A stretch of 64,000 nt of DNA from Candidatus Heimdallarchaeota archaeon (GCA_016840095.1 JAEOSZ010000026.1:1-64000), one strand, 5' to 3'. Counted from the stretch's first letter, positions 7,616 to 18,395 are shown. Numbers and translations are program-made. Notes: a model not told the origin generated them from the letters alone.

Positions 7616-8410
7616 GTGAGAAAAATGAATGTAACAAAATATTCAATCAAAGGACAAAAAATGAGTGAAAAAGTAGAACTTCCTGAAGTTTTCAGCACCA
7701 CATTCCGACCTGATGTAATTAAGCGTGCAGTTTTAGCTGAACAAACCTGGAAAAGACAACCTAAAGGTGTTAGTCCTCTAGCCGGCCGTATGGTTTCTGT
7801 AGAAAACTGGGGTCCTGGAAGAGGAGCCGCACGTGTACCACGTATTAAAGGTTCTAGAACACATAGTGCTCAAAGGACAGCTTTCATTCCTCAAGCTAGA
7901 GGTGGACATAAAGCACATCCTCCAACAGCAAAGAAAAAGATCATAGAGAAAGTAAATAGAAAAGAACACTTGCTTGCTCTTAAGTCTGCTATAGCTTATA
8001 CTGCATCTAAAACTGCAGTAGGAGATAGAGGACATAGATTTGAAGATAAAATGGAATTTCCTATTGTTGTAGAATCAAAAGCTGAAACCATAGAGAAAAC
8101 ACAAGATGTAGTTAGATTCTTAGGAAATCTTGGTTTGTCTTTAGAGCTCATGAGAATTAAATTAGGTAAAAAAGTTCGAGCTGGTAAAGGTAAAGGAAGA
8201 GGACGAAAATACAAAGTTCCTGTTGGACCATTAATTGTTGTAGGCGATAAAGAATGTGCATTATCCAAAGCAGGAAGGAACATTCTTGGAACCAAAGTTA
8301 TTTCAGTTAATGAATTATCAACAGAGGCTTTAGCCCCAGGAACTTATCCCGGAAGACTTACTATTTGGACTGAAGATGCAATTAAATCTTTAGGAGAAAG
8401 GTTTGGGTGA
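7616..8410 (+). CDS. rpl4: 50S ribosomal protein uL4
   Basis: RPDVIKRAV, WGPGRGAARVPR, LAPGTYPGRLTIWT. Confidence 0.97.
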   Translation: MRKMNVTKYSIKGQKMSEKVELPEVFSTTFRPDVIKRAVLAEQTWKRQPKGVSPLAGRMVSVENWGPGRGAARVPRIKGSRTHSAQRTAFIPQARGGHKAHPPTAKKKIIEKVNRKEHLLALKSAIAYTASKTAVGDRGHRFEDKMEFPIVVESKAETIEKTQDVVRFLGNLGLSLELMRIKLGKKVRAGKGKGRGRKYKVPVGPLIVVGDKECALSKAGRNILGTKVISVNELSTEALAPGTYPGRLTIWTEDAIKSLGERFG

Positions 8411-8416
8411 TGAAAA

Positions 8417-8677
8417 ATGGATCCGTATAAAGTTATAAAGAAACCACTTATCTCAGAAAAAGACTTTGAGTTAATAGAAAAAGAAAACAAATTGGTTCTA
8501 TGGGTTGATCTTAGAGCAACTAAGAAGCAAATTAAGGAAGCAATTGAAATCCTTTACAATGTCAAGGTAGATAAGGTTAACACACTAATAACTCCCAAAG
8601 GAACAAAGAAAGCATACGTAAGACTAAGTGAATTTGATGATGCCGCAGACATTGCATCACGAATGGGATTATTCTAA
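8417..8677 (+). CDS. rpl23: 50S ribosomal protein uL23
   Basis: [17 protein letters not shown]. Confidence 0.97.
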   Translation: MDPYKVIKKPLISEKDFELIEKENKLVLWVDLRATKKQIKEAIEILYNVKVDKVNTLITPKGTKKAYVRLSEFDDAADIASRMGLF

Positions 8678-8688
8678 AGGTGATATGA

Positions 8689-9423
8689 ATGGGTAAAAAA
8701 ATATTAGTTCAGAGACGCGGAAGAGGAACATCACAGTTCAGAGCAGCATCTCATAAGAAGAAAGGTAGCGTGAAATACAGGAAAGTTGCTAAAGTCGAAT
8801 ATTCAGGAAAGATTATTGGACATGTCAAGGATATTGTTCATGACCCTGGTCGAGGAGCACCTGTAGCTAAAGTTCTTTTTGAGGATGGTCTCAAGAAAAT
8901 TATACTGCCTTCTGAAGGTGTTCGAGTAGGTCAACAAGTTGAATATGGAGCTGGAGCTGCAGTTCAACTTGGTAACACTATGCCTTTACAATCAATTCCT
9001 GATGGTTCTCCAGTTTTCAACATTGAATTGACACCAGGAGATGGTGGACGATTAATAAGAGCTAGTGGTGGTTATGCAACTATCTTAGGACGTGACAAAG
9101 GTAAAGTTACTGTACAGCTTCCTAGTGGAGAAATGAAAGAAATTCCTCAAAGATGCAGAGCCACAATTGGAATTGTTGCAGGAGGAGGAAGGACAGAGAA
9201 ACCCTTTGTCAAAGCAGGAAATATGCACCATCATAAGAAAGCTAAAGGTCATTACTATCCTAAAGTAAGAGGTGTAGCAATGAATCCAGTTTCACATCCA
9301 CATGGTGGTGGTGCTCATCAAAGTCCTCCACGTTCAACTACTGTTTCCAGACATGCTCAGCCTGGTAGAAAAGTAGGTTTGATTGCTGCAAAAAGAAGTG
9401 GTAGAAGAAGAGGTAAGAAATAA
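8689..9423 (+). CDS. rpl2: 50S ribosomal protein uL2
   Basis: HDPGRGAP, VRGVAMNPVSHPHGGG. Confidence 0.97.
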   Translation: MGKKILVQRRGRGTSQFRAASHKKKGSVKYRKVAKVEYSGKIIGHVKDIVHDPGRGAPVAKVLFEDGLKKIILPSEGVRVGQQVEYGAGAAVQLGNTMPLQSIPDGSPVFNIELTPGDGGRLIRASGGYATILGRDKGKVTVQLPSGEMKEIPQRCRATIGIVAGGGRTEKPFVKAGNMHHHKKAKGHYYPKVRGVAMNPVSHPHGGGAHQSPPRSTTVSRHAQPGRKVGLIAAKRSGRRRGKK

Positions 9424-9594
9424 TACCTCATTCCTTTTTATTTTTTATTTGTTATTTTTCAGTTTTAACATCCTATGTATTATCAGATAACAATACCAAA
9501 GGATGACATATCTATATAAACAAACTCAACTTGATGTACAAAAAATAGTCATTATAAAGTCTATATCAATTAGATATTTAGGAGATAACTTAAG

Positions 9595-10338
9595 ATGGAT
9601 GATAAAAAAGAAAGTGTGCAAGTTGAATTTATTTTCAATGAACCTCAGAATTTTGAAGGTTGTACATTATTGAATGGATGGCATGGAATAGGTGAATGTG
9701 GGTTTATCTCAATGAGTCATCTTGTTGACAACCTCAAGGCTGAAAGAATTGGTTTTATAATTACAAATAATATTCCACAATTTATTACAATAAAGAATGA
9801 GAAAATTACTTTTCCCTTTGAAATATATAGAAAGGATAACTTGGTAGTTGTTCTACCAATATTTGAACCAATAAAATCTGAACATCTAGCTTTTACAAAA
9901 ACAATAGTTGAATGGTCTGTAAAAGAGAAATTCAAGCAATCGATTCTAATTGGAGGATTGGATAGAAGATTAAAAGATGATAATGAATTGAAAGCGATAT
10001 ACACTCAAGCATTTAAAGAAAAGAGACCAGAAGTAGAAATTCCAGTCTTAGATGAAGGATTATATGTGACAGGACCTTTGGCATATATGTTAATGTTCTA
10101 TGAATTAAACAATTTTCCAACAATAGCTATTTTACCTTATGCTGAACGTTCAAGACCAGATCCAATAGCAGCTAGTGTTGCTGTCAATGCTATCAATGAA
10201 GTACTTGATATCGAAATCAATGTTCAAGAACTTTTAGAAGAAGCAGAAAGAATTGAGAAGGAAATTGAATCATTGTTACAGGCTAGTAAAACAAGAAAAG
10301 AAACAAGCACAGATTCTGATAAAGGAATGTTTGTTTAA
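9595..10338 (+). CDS. Proteasome assembly chaperone, PAC2/PbaA-B family
   Basis: GWHGIGECGFI, PDPIAA, LLEEAERIE, C-terminal HbYX-like GMFV. Confidence 0.85.
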   Translation: MDDKKESVQVEFIFNEPQNFEGCTLLNGWHGIGECGFISMSHLVDNLKAERIGFIITNNIPQFITIKNEKITFPFEIYRKDNLVVVLPIFEPIKSEHLAFTKTIVEWSVKEKFKQSILIGGLDRRLKDDNELKAIYTQAFKEKRPEVEIPVLDEGLYVTGPLAYMLMFYELNNFPTIAILPYAERSRPDPIAASVAVNAINEVLDIEINVQELLEEAERIEKEIESLLQASKTRKETSTDSDKGMFV

Positions 10339-10363
10339 ATTCCTTTTATCAAATTCTTTATTT

Positions 10364-11488
10364 CTAGAATGTGTAATCTATTTTTTCTTCATCAGATTGT
10401 AAGAACTCATCTGATATCGTTAGTTTTAGTATTTCCTTGAATTTTTCAGATTGTAGTACTGAGTTTTTAACAACATGTTCTATTTCTTCTATTAGTGGTT
10501 TTAGTGAATTTATATCTGTAATTGTAATCTGGAACTCTGTTTTTAGATTATTTTTACCTTCAACTATTTCTTTTTCGGATAAAAGATCAATCTTATTCAA
10601 TACTCGTATAATTGGTACATTAGGAAATTCTCTTTCAATATCCTCAAAGAGATTGAATTGTTCTTCAAGAGAAATGGTTGCATCTTCTGATATGTCAAAC
10701 ATAAAGAGAATAATGTCTGAGATATGTCTAATTGATACTATGCTTTGTCTTTCAATCAGATTTCTCTCACGAAATGGTCTGTCTAGAAGACCTGGAGTAT
10801 CAACAACTTGTATATTAGTCATTCCTATGTCTCTATGACCAAAAACAATTTCTTTTGTTGTAAAGGGATATTCTCCAACTTCAGGCTTCCCTGTGGATAT
10901 CTCTCGAACTAACGATGATTTTCCAACATTTGGGGCTCCTGCTATAACAACTGTAGGATAATCTACATTGAAATCAGGAACTGTTTTGAGTTTCTTTATG
11001 CTCCTAATAAGATAATTAATATCTCCCCTTGCTTTCTTAACTAAAGATGCCATTCTTCCATTTGCTTGATTTCTGATCTCAGCCATTTCTTCAGGATGAT
11101 CAGTTTCTTTTAACCTAGCAATATGATCTCGTTCCATTTCCTTTATTTGTTTCTCAATACCACCTAATCGGCCTAAGATTCTTCTAATATCATCAATATT
11201 ACTTAATAAGTCACAAATCTCTCCGTAAAACGGATGAAGACTTTCAATCCAAGGAAATTGATTAATGATTCTTTCTAGTTTTTCTGTAATAATAAATGCT
11301 AAACTAGAAATTTTTTCTCTTTCAAAATTAGCTATTTTTTCCTCTCTTGAAATTCTTCGCTTTTTTGTTTTCATTCTAAGATTTGAGGTTTGTTTAAAAG
11401 CAACTGATAATATCTCATCTGCAGGAGAGATATAACTAACCCTTCTAAATGGATTCCCACTGTATCGTTGTTTTGACAAACAAATCAC
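10364..11488 (-). CDS. NOG1-family GTPase
   Basis: LHPFY, GAPNVGKSS, YPFTT, DTPGLLDR, NKID. Confidence 0.92.
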   Translation of the reverse strand: MICLSKQRYSGNPFRRVSYISPADEILSVAFKQTSNLRMKTKKRRISREEKIANFEREKISSLAFIITEKLERIINQFPWIESLHPFYGEICDLLSNIDDIRRILGRLGGIEKQIKEMERDHIARLKETDHPEEMAEIRNQANGRMASLVKKARGDINYLIRSIKKLKTVPDFNVDYPTVVIAGAPNVGKSSLVREISTGKPEVGEYPFTTKEIVFGHRDIGMTNIQVVDTPGLLDRPFRERNLIERQSIVSIRHISDIILFMFDISEDATISLEEQFNLFEDIEREFPNVPIIRVLNKIDLLSEKEIVEGKNNLKTEFQITITDINSLKPLIEEIEHVVKNSVLQSEKFKEILKLTISDEFLQSDEEKIDYTF

Positions 11489-11492
11489 TCTC

Positions 11493-12602
11493 TTAATCTA
11501 ATACTGATAAATCAATTTCGTGTTCGAAATATTTATCCAAATTCTTTATTACTTCTTCTTTTCTTCTGTTGAACTCTTCTTGATATTTCAATACCATATC
11601 TATCAGATTTGGCTTGCAATCAAGACCACAGATAAGATCTCCACCTCTACAATCAACCTCAATCTTGTCGAGTTCATCATCATCTTTGACGAAGTATTTT
11701 GTGAACCAATCAAAAACTGTGCAAATCTCTGGATTAGCCCCTAATTCTCTCTGTTCTTTAATTGTAGTTCTTCCCCCAGTTAAGGCATTCATGATTTTTT
11801 TCTTAATTTTCTCGGGTTTATCTCTTAGAAAAACACAAGTTTCCTCAATAGATGATGACATGGGTCCTCCTGTTAAACCTTTGAGATATTTTATGTATAA
11901 GGAAGAAGGAAGGGTAATCTTTCTCTTTCTTGCAACATCTCTTGTTAATCTCATATATACATCTTGATCCAAACCAATAGGAACTACTACTGGAAGATCA
12001 AAATCTGTAGTTGGATGAAGGATGTGTGCTGCTTGTATATTAGTATAATTAACAATTCCTGTGTTTTCTTCTCCAGTTAATCCAAGTGCTGCTTTAACTG
12101 CATTGAAGGTTTGATTCACAGAAAATATTAGCGCTAGCTCATGATATCTTGGTGTTTTACTTGAGATATAAGCTTGTACGTTCTCAGGTTTGAATCCAAT
12201 GGCAAAGATATCAATTGCATTTTGTAAAGAAAGTTTGTATGTATCCTCTAGTGATTTTATTTTCCGAAAAACATATTTTTCATCATCAGAGAATGGCAAA
12301 AAATATGTGCAATCATATTTATCTTGTAAATATCTAATTAGATCATATAGGATTAGATGACCGAAATGCAGATCATTTGAGGGACCTCTACCACTAATAA
12401 TCGCAAAGGATTTCTTCTGTTCTACCCTATTAAGAATTTTATCGAAATCTCTATGAGCAAAAACTACTCCTCTTCTGAAAAAGAGATTTTCAGTTCCTAT
12501 TCTTGGAAGTATCTTGTTTACTTTAGCTATTCCAAATTCTGATAGAATCTTTTCATAATCTTCTCTTTTTTCAATATCGTGGGGTTCTATATTCTGATTC
12601 AT
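11493..12602 (-). CDS. trpS: Tryptophanyl-tRNA synthetase
   Basis: GRGPS..LHFGH, DDEK, PIGLDQD, MSSS, ALTGGR. Confidence 0.93.
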   Translation of the reverse strand: MNQNIEPHDIEKREDYEKILSEFGIAKVNKILPRIGTENLFFRRGVVFAHRDFDKILNRVEQKKSFAIISGRGPSNDLHFGHLILYDLIRYLQDKYDCTYFLPFSDDEKYVFRKIKSLEDTYKLSLQNAIDIFAIGFKPENVQAYISSKTPRYHELALIFSVNQTFNAVKAALGLTGEENTGIVNYTNIQAAHILHPTTDFDLPVVVPIGLDQDVYMRLTRDVARKRKITLPSSLYIKYLKGLTGGPMSSSIEETCVFLRDKPEKIKKKIMNALTGGRTTIKEQRELGANPEICTVFDWFTKYFVKDDDELDKIEVDCRGGDLICGLDCKPNLIDMVLKYQEEFNRRKEEVIKNLDKYFEHEIDLSVLD

Positions 12603-12776
12603 CTTTACACCTCTTAAATAAAAAATGATTATTAAAAGCTTGATTATATGGAAGTGGATTATACTCTACTACACTGTTTTTTGAACAAAACCTAGTAGAA
12701 GCTATTTCCAGTCCAAGTTACCACACTCAATTGTTTTTCTAGAAAAATACTTTATAAGACTATCGTATAAATAGAA

Positions 12777-14198
12777 TTGGCAATGAATAATTGGAATGAA
12801 TTGTATTCTAAGACGTTGGAACAAATATCTAAAGAGGATATAAGAAACAAAAAAACAATCGTTGGTTTTAATGTTAATGTAGATAAAATAATTGAAATCA
12901 GACCAGAATCATTTAACAAGATATTGCTTGAGGGAATAAATCTAGAATTAAAAGACGGTAAGATAGAACTACCTACTAGAGTCAATTCTATAGAGGATTT
13001 CTTCTCTTTTCTTGTGTTCTCTATTATGGAGGGTAAAGCACTTGAAATAGTATTTTCATCAGAAGCTATTGCAAACTGGATTGAAAATAATTTTGAGATT
13101 AAAAATGACCAAATAGGTGGTCAAGCAGGCATAATTGCTAATTTATTCAAAAGTATTGAAGTAAGTGATGTATTGCTAAGTATGCCAACATTTGATCCTC
13201 AACTTGCTAATTTACTTGATCCTTCACTTCTAACTATTGTCGAAGAAGATAATTCATATTCAATTCAAGAAATAAGTAAACTAGAATTCAAAGATAAAGA
13301 ACCTCTTTCTCATTATATTTTTGAGTTCAAAAAAGGTAATTATGAATTTAAATCAATGAAATTTAACTGTTCAAGAGATAATCGGTTTATTTTTACCTAC
13401 GATGAAATTAATACTCTAGTTAAGTTTAATAGAGGTTTTCATGAATTTAGTCCTAATTTTGTTAGTAGCTATTCTCTCGCAATACTTTCAGGTTTTTGCT
13501 TAGCAAATGAAAAATTAGGTTCATTTGAAGAGATATTCCACCCAGCAATAAAAATGATAAAGAAATGGAAACAGATTAATCCTGATTTATTCATCCATGT
13601 AGAATTATCTTCTAGCTTTAATGCTAAAAAAAGAAATCATATCAAAGAAAACATCTTTCCATTGGTAAATTCAATAGGTGTGAATGAACAAGAAATACTG
13701 CTCTTCTCTTCAATTGATGAAGATCATAAAGAATTAAAACTTGATCAGAAGAACACTTCCATCTCTTTTTTCCAATTACTACACAAGTTATTTTCACAGT
13801 ATCCTCACTTAAGAATACATCTCCATTATCTTGGATATTTTCTTGTGATATCTCCAGTAATGGAGAAAAAAGAAGCAGAAAGAGCTAGAACAGCTCTTAT
13901 TATGTCGTCCATATTTACTGCTTCAAAAGCAAAAGAAGGTACAATTGAATCATTTGAAGATATATATGAACTTGACCTAAATCTATCCTCCAGAGGTTTT
14001 GAAGAACTTAAGAAACTCAACACTTACCTAGAATCAAAGTATGATGTAATAGGAAGCTTACATGATACAGGTATAGTAGAAACCTCTTCCTTTTCCTTAA
14101 TTGGAATACCAACAATTCTAGTGAAAAATCCTCAAAAGTTAGTTGGTCTTGGTGATACAATTTCGTCCATAGCTGTTCTTTTTGATACAAATGATTAG
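12777..14198 (+). CDS. ADP-dependent glucokinase/phosphofructokinase
   Basis: GFNVNVD, IGGQAGIIAN, NRFI, SIGVNEQE, VGLGDTISS. Confidence 0.88.
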   Translation: MAMNNWNELYSKTLEQISKEDIRNKKTIVGFNVNVDKIIEIRPESFNKILLEGINLELKDGKIELPTRVNSIEDFFSFLVFSIMEGKALEIVFSSEAIANWIENNFEIKNDQIGGQAGIIANLFKSIEVSDVLLSMPTFDPQLANLLDPSLLTIVEEDNSYSIQEISKLEFKDKEPLSHYIFEFKKGNYEFKSMKFNCSRDNRFIFTYDEINTLVKFNRGFHEFSPNFVSSYSLAILSGFCLANEKLGSFEEIFHPAIKMIKKWKQINPDLFIHVELSSSFNAKKRNHIKENIFPLVNSIGVNEQEILLFSSIDEDHKELKLDQKNTSISFFQLLHKLFSQYPHLRIHLHYLGYFLVISPVMEKKEAERARTALIMSSIFTASKAKEGTIESFEDIYELDLNLSSRGFEELKKLNTYLESKYDVIGSLHDTGIVETSSFSLIGIPTILVKNPQKLVGLGDTISSIAVLFDTND

Positions 14199-14292
14199 AT
14201 TAACCTTATAAGTAAATTTTACTTCTTGAAGAATTCTTGTGCTTAAATATCTTCTTTTTACTAGAATATTGATTAATAAAAAAATTGAATAA

Positions 14293-15705
14293 ATGAGTAG
14301 ATATCCTATGAATACTGTCTTTTCTGCTAGTGATGGAAATAACAATTTGAACTTAAATCAAAACCACAATGAAAATGTTATCCTATTTGAGCTCTCAAAT
14401 AGCGATATAGGCGCAAAGATATTCAATTTAACTAATGAACTAAATTCAAGAGGAATAATGTTTTCCTTCTGGATAACAAAGAAAAGAAAATATCTACTCA
14501 TTTACAAAATAAGTCAAGTTTCATTAAGCAAAGAAACACTTGAAAACTTGTTAAAGCACCTAAAATCAACTTATTCTCTAAGAATCGAGACAAATCTTGC
14601 CAATTTCTTTATACCTACTATTAAGAAAATTGAACAAGATGGAAAAATCATAACTTTAACTCATGAAGATAATTCAAAACAACATGTGTTAGCATGCCAA
14701 TTAGTAAGTTTGGATTTGGAAGCTGACACAATAGTTAAGAGATTTACACAATTTACTAACGATTTGGTTGAAGCTGATGTATTTTCTATTAATATCTCTC
14801 AATTTGCTTCGAATGAAAGAAATCAGCAAAACATCCCAACATTGGGAGTTTTCTTCATAGCAAGAAGCCATGATAAAAATTCAATAAAGGAAAAGGAAGC
14901 AATTCTACTAAGATATCTTAAAGCGAGTACAGTCAAGCTAAACGGACAAATAGCTTTTCTTACAAAGCGTGATATCGTAAGACACAAAACAAATTTTCAA
15001 TATTTCGTTCCTTGGATCAAACACAATGTATTCATCAACGATTTAGTAAATATAGTAAGATTGTTGCCACCAATTAAGATAGAAGTTCCAAAGAAAACAA
15101 TCAAGGCTGATACTAAGGAAAAGAAAAAGGAAATAGAAAGGAAAATAACAGTTCCAGAACAAAATCAGAAAAATGTAGTTTCCCTTCCATTTCCAAATGC
15201 TAAAAAGCCTTTTCCAAGCATCAGAAGAGAAGATTTCAAAATTCCAAAAATCATCAATGCAAAGGATTTACCTAAAGAGGATATAGAAAAATATGTTCCA
15301 AGTCAAATTGATGATCTTTCAGTTCCTGTTCCAAGAACAATGAATCCAGTTTTTGATGCAGAATATTTGAAAGTTAGAATAAGCAAAACATTCAAGGATT
15401 TTGAATTCAAAGAATCCCTAATATTTGAGGAAAACTTTGATTTAGTCTTGCGTAAGGGTTCTTCTTATGTTTTTGTGAAATTTTTTCAAGATATACTAAC
15501 TCAAAATCATGCATACAAAATAATTGAAAATTTGAGTTCTATAGCTGGATTAAGAAATCAATTCCTATGCATTGTTGTAGCAGATGTAGTGGATGAAATA
15601 TCAAGAAAACTCCTGAGTGAATATAATGTATTGCACCTAACCGTTACTGATGTACTTGTTAGTGATAAGCTGAAAGCAAAAATATATGGGACAATTTTAG
15701 CATGA
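14293..15705 (+). CDS. Hypothetical protein with a Pro/Lys-rich linker and a C-terminal restriction-endonuclease-like domain
   Basis: Long ORF. The C-terminal FDLVLRKGSSYVFVKF...CIVVAD resembles an Mrr-type PD-(D/E)xK fold without the ExK residues. Confidence 0.5.
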   Translation: MSRYPMNTVFSASDGNNNLNLNQNHNENVILFELSNSDIGAKIFNLTNELNSRGIMFSFWITKKRKYLLIYKISQVSLSKETLENLLKHLKSTYSLRIETNLANFFIPTIKKIEQDGKIITLTHEDNSKQHVLACQLVSLDLEADTIVKRFTQFTNDLVEADVFSINISQFASNERNQQNIPTLGVFFIARSHDKNSIKEKEAILLRYLKASTVKLNGQIAFLTKRDIVRHKTNFQYFVPWIKHNVFINDLVNIVRLLPPIKIEVPKKTIKADTKEKKKEIERKITVPEQNQKNVVSLPFPNAKKPFPSIRREDFKIPKIINAKDLPKEDIEKYVPSQIDDLSVPVPRTMNPVFDAEYLKVRISKTFKDFEFKESLIFEENFDLVLRKGSSYVFVKFFQDILTQNHAYKIIENLSSIAGLRNQFLCIVVADVVDEISRKLLSEYNVLHLTVTDVLVSDKLKAKIYGTILA

Positions 15706-15866
15706 AGCAACTTTTTATCGATTGATTTTCATGAAATCTTGGTGTAAAAAGGCTTGATGTACTGATAGAAAACAACTGTAATTTTTTTTCATGGTTTGTT
15801 TAAAGAATTAGATAAAAAGCTTCAGTATTACAGAGACTTTTTATTAGTGCAAAGAAGTTAACCAAT

Positions 15867-16259
15867 ATGGGGGACCCAAATAAGAAGATTGCTTCATATA
15901 TTGTGAGTTTTGTAGAAAAATTTTTCCCAAAGCATGAAGAATCGATACACAGTGGCCTATTTCTGCTTTCTAATGAAAACGAAGCACTAAAAATACTAGA
16001 CTGGTATTTTAATGGATATTCAGTTATTTCTGAAACAGTTTCATCTCACATTCAAAACTTGTGTAAGGATAAAACAGTTCAGTTTACTCAGGGTGGAAAG
16101 TATGAACTAGTGGACGACTATGGTGAAGTATCAGACTATGACTTAAAAGAAATTACAAAACATCTTGAGGATGCTTTAGCTGAATATGATTCGGGAATGC
16201 AAATTGTACAAAGTGCTCAAAAGCTTTACTCAGCAAAAAATATAGGAATTGGTTGCTGA
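15867..16259 (+). CDS. Hypothetical protein (possible winged helix)
   Basis: 130 aa ORF filling the gap, convergent with the HD gene. Confidence 0.6.
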   Translation: MGDPNKKIASYIVSFVEKFFPKHEESIHSGLFLLSNENEALKILDWYFNGYSVISETVSSHIQNLCKDKTVQFTQGGKYELVDDYGEVSDYDLKEITKHLEDALAEYDSGMQIVQSAQKLYSAKNIGIGC

Positions 16260-16264
16260 GCAAC

Positions 16265-17641
16265 TCAGTATGAAGTCACTGAAACATCCTTGTCTTTAGA
16301 TGATGTTTGTGGTCTTATCTTTTTCCAAATTTTCTTAATTTTCTCTGCATCATTTGGATGAGCATAAACTCTTACTAGTGTAAAAAGAGATCTATAGGCT
16401 CTTGGTCCTGCAAAAGTTGTTATATAAGATGTTGTGTTTAAGGCTTCATTAAGTGTGAATGATTTTGAACCAGGTCGAATCTTTTCATAAGGGTCGTAGA
16501 TGTAGATATTTGAAGCTTGGAATTCTTGTTCATTTATTGTGGATAATTTGTATGTAGAATCTATTTTCATATCATATTTCAATGAAATTTTATTTTCCTC
16601 AGCATGACTCAGAATCTTCTTAATGAAAGATTCCTGTGCGGTTATATTACAAAGATCTTCTACACCTACACCTAAATTATCAGCAGTTGATTCATCAATG
16701 ATCTTTTCCCAAACGGACTTGTAGAGCCTACGATCGAATAAATCCTTGACTAATGATTTGGCAACAGCTAAATCAGGGGAATCTTTAGAAAATATTTCAC
16801 CAACAAGAGTATATTCGTTTAAGTATGTATACTCAGCCAAGTCATTTGTTCGTTCAATGAGATTTAGTGGCTCACAAGCTTCTCTTAGCATTTCATGAAT
16901 TGTTATATCAGCAGCTCTTGATGTTTTGTGGAAATAGACATTCTTATACTCAAAGAATCGACCGATTAGCGATGAGTAAATATCATCTAAACATTTCCAG
17001 TTATAGTGAATTGCATCCTTTCTGAGGTGCTTTTGGATTGTTGTATTGTTAATTATTCGATTAACAGCAATTATACCAAAATGTAGTGTTCCAGCAAAGA
17101 AAGAATCTCTAAGCATGAAATCTAGTCTGTCTGCTCCAAGCGCTCCTTGAATAAGAGGATGCATAATGAAGTTTTCTCCATCCCAGATTTTCATAAGTTC
17201 TTCAGGAGAGGTAAATTCTTCAATGAAGGGTTTGAGAAACTCTGAATTAATGATTTTATCTCGATGAACATCATGTCCATGAGGTGCGTCAGGATATACT
17301 CGTTTGAAAACTACATCATCATATGTGTGACTAAAAGGACCATGACCTATATCATGTAAAAGCCCTGCTAAACGCGCTAATTGAGTTTTCTCTACTACAT
17401 CATCAAATTCTCTATAAACTTCTTCTGCATATTTACCAGCTAGATGCATAACACCCACACTATGGGTAAATCTAGAATGAATAGCTGAAGGATAAACTTG
17501 TCTAACTCCTGATAGTTGGCTGATCCATCTTAATCTTTGAAAGATGGGACTGTCTATGATTTTGTTCTCAATATCTGTCATGCGTATTTCATCGTAGATG
17601 GGATCTCGAATTGTACGTGTAAAATTCAGCACTTTTGTCAT
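16265..17641 (-). CDS. HD-domain dNTP triphosphohydrolase (SAMHD1/YwfO-like)
   Basis: IRDPIY, FQRLR.I.QL, RFTHSVG, LLHDIGHGPFSH, DRLDFMLRD, VYFHKT. Confidence 0.92.
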   Translation of the reverse strand: MTKVLNFTRTIRDPIYDEIRMTDIENKIIDSPIFQRLRWISQLSGVRQVYPSAIHSRFTHSVGVMHLAGKYAEEVYREFDDVVEKTQLARLAGLLHDIGHGPFSHTYDDVVFKRVYPDAPHGHDVHRDKIINSEFLKPFIEEFTSPEELMKIWDGENFIMHPLIQGALGADRLDFMLRDSFFAGTLHFGIIAVNRIINNTTIQKHLRKDAIHYNWKCLDDIYSSLIGRFFEYKNVYFHKTSRAADITIHEMLREACEPLNLIERTNDLAEYTYLNEYTLVGEIFSKDSPDLAVAKSLVKDLFDRRLYKSVWEKIIDESTADNLGVGVEDLCNITAQESFIKKILSHAEENKISLKYDMKIDSTYKLSTINEQEFQASNIYIYDPYEKIRPGSKSFTLNEALNTTSYITTFAGPRAYRSLFTLVRVYAHPNDAEKIKKIWKKIRPQTSSKDKDVSVTSY

Positions 17642-17800
17642 AGAAATTCCTCACAATACTTATTGCTTATTTAATAATACAACCTTTTAATCTTTTTGCT
17701 TTTAAATAAAACTACGACAAAATTAATTGTGCGGCGTCTAGCGGCATTTCTAGCTATTTTAGCTTAAAATAAATGGGTAGAATGTCGATTTTAAACATGA

Positions 17801-17877
17801 TGGTGGACCGACCGGGATTTGAACCCGGGGCTACCTCATTGCGAACGAAGCGATCTGCCAGGCTGATCTACCGGCCC
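17801..17877 (-). tRNA. tRNA-Ala(CGC)
   Basis: Reverse complement GGGCCGGTAGATCAGCCTGG...CTTCG-TTCGCAA-TGAGG...GTTCAAATCCCGGTCGGTCCACCA, with the G3:U70 identity pair. Confidence 0.95.
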
Positions 17878-17981
17878 GAATGTTATACCTTCAAATATGA
17901 CAATTAATAAATTTTAGTTCGTAAATAGAATACTGCATTTACGACTTAGAAAAAGATTAACTAGGATGAATAAGCAATATT

Positions 17982-18395
17982 CTATCCAGAGCTCTTTATT
18001 CTCATAATCTTGCTTTTACCAATAGCTTTCCAATATTCGACTTCTGCTCCTTCTTGAATTTGAGCTTTCATCTCTTCATCATCTGGTAGTGCTGTCTCAA
18101 ATGTTTCATATGATTCAAGATCCATTATTTGAACACTATCTCCACCAACAGAAATAACTTGGGCATTTCTTTTATCAATAATAGGAGATTGGAGCTTTAA
18201 GTCACCAGGAATGGAGATTTCAGTTTTACTTCCTGTAAATATATTCTCAATTTTCATCCTACATTTAGTGTGTCCATGTTTGCCACTTTTTGATTTTTCA
18301 ATCGAACGTACAAGGAATACTTCATCATTTTGAATTATATGATTGCCTTCCTTTATTTGGCTAGCTCTAACAGGTGTAATATCAAATTCTGACAT
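17982..18395 (-). CDS. eif5a: Translation factor aIF5A/eIF5A
   Basis: Hypusine loop SKSGKHGH, QIMDLESYETFE. Confidence 0.96.
   Translation of the reverse strand: MSEFDITPVRASQIKEGNHIIQNDEVFLVRSIEKSKSGKHGHTKCRMKIENIFTGSKTEISIPGDLKLQSPIIDKRNAQVISVGGDSVQIMDLESYETFETALPDDEEMKAQIQEGAEVEYWKAIGKSKIMRIKSSG

Noticed and set aside
17642-17800. Integrated element at a tRNA 3' end
   Set aside because: No duplicated tRNA 3' end, integrase or transposase found for any of the three tRNAs.
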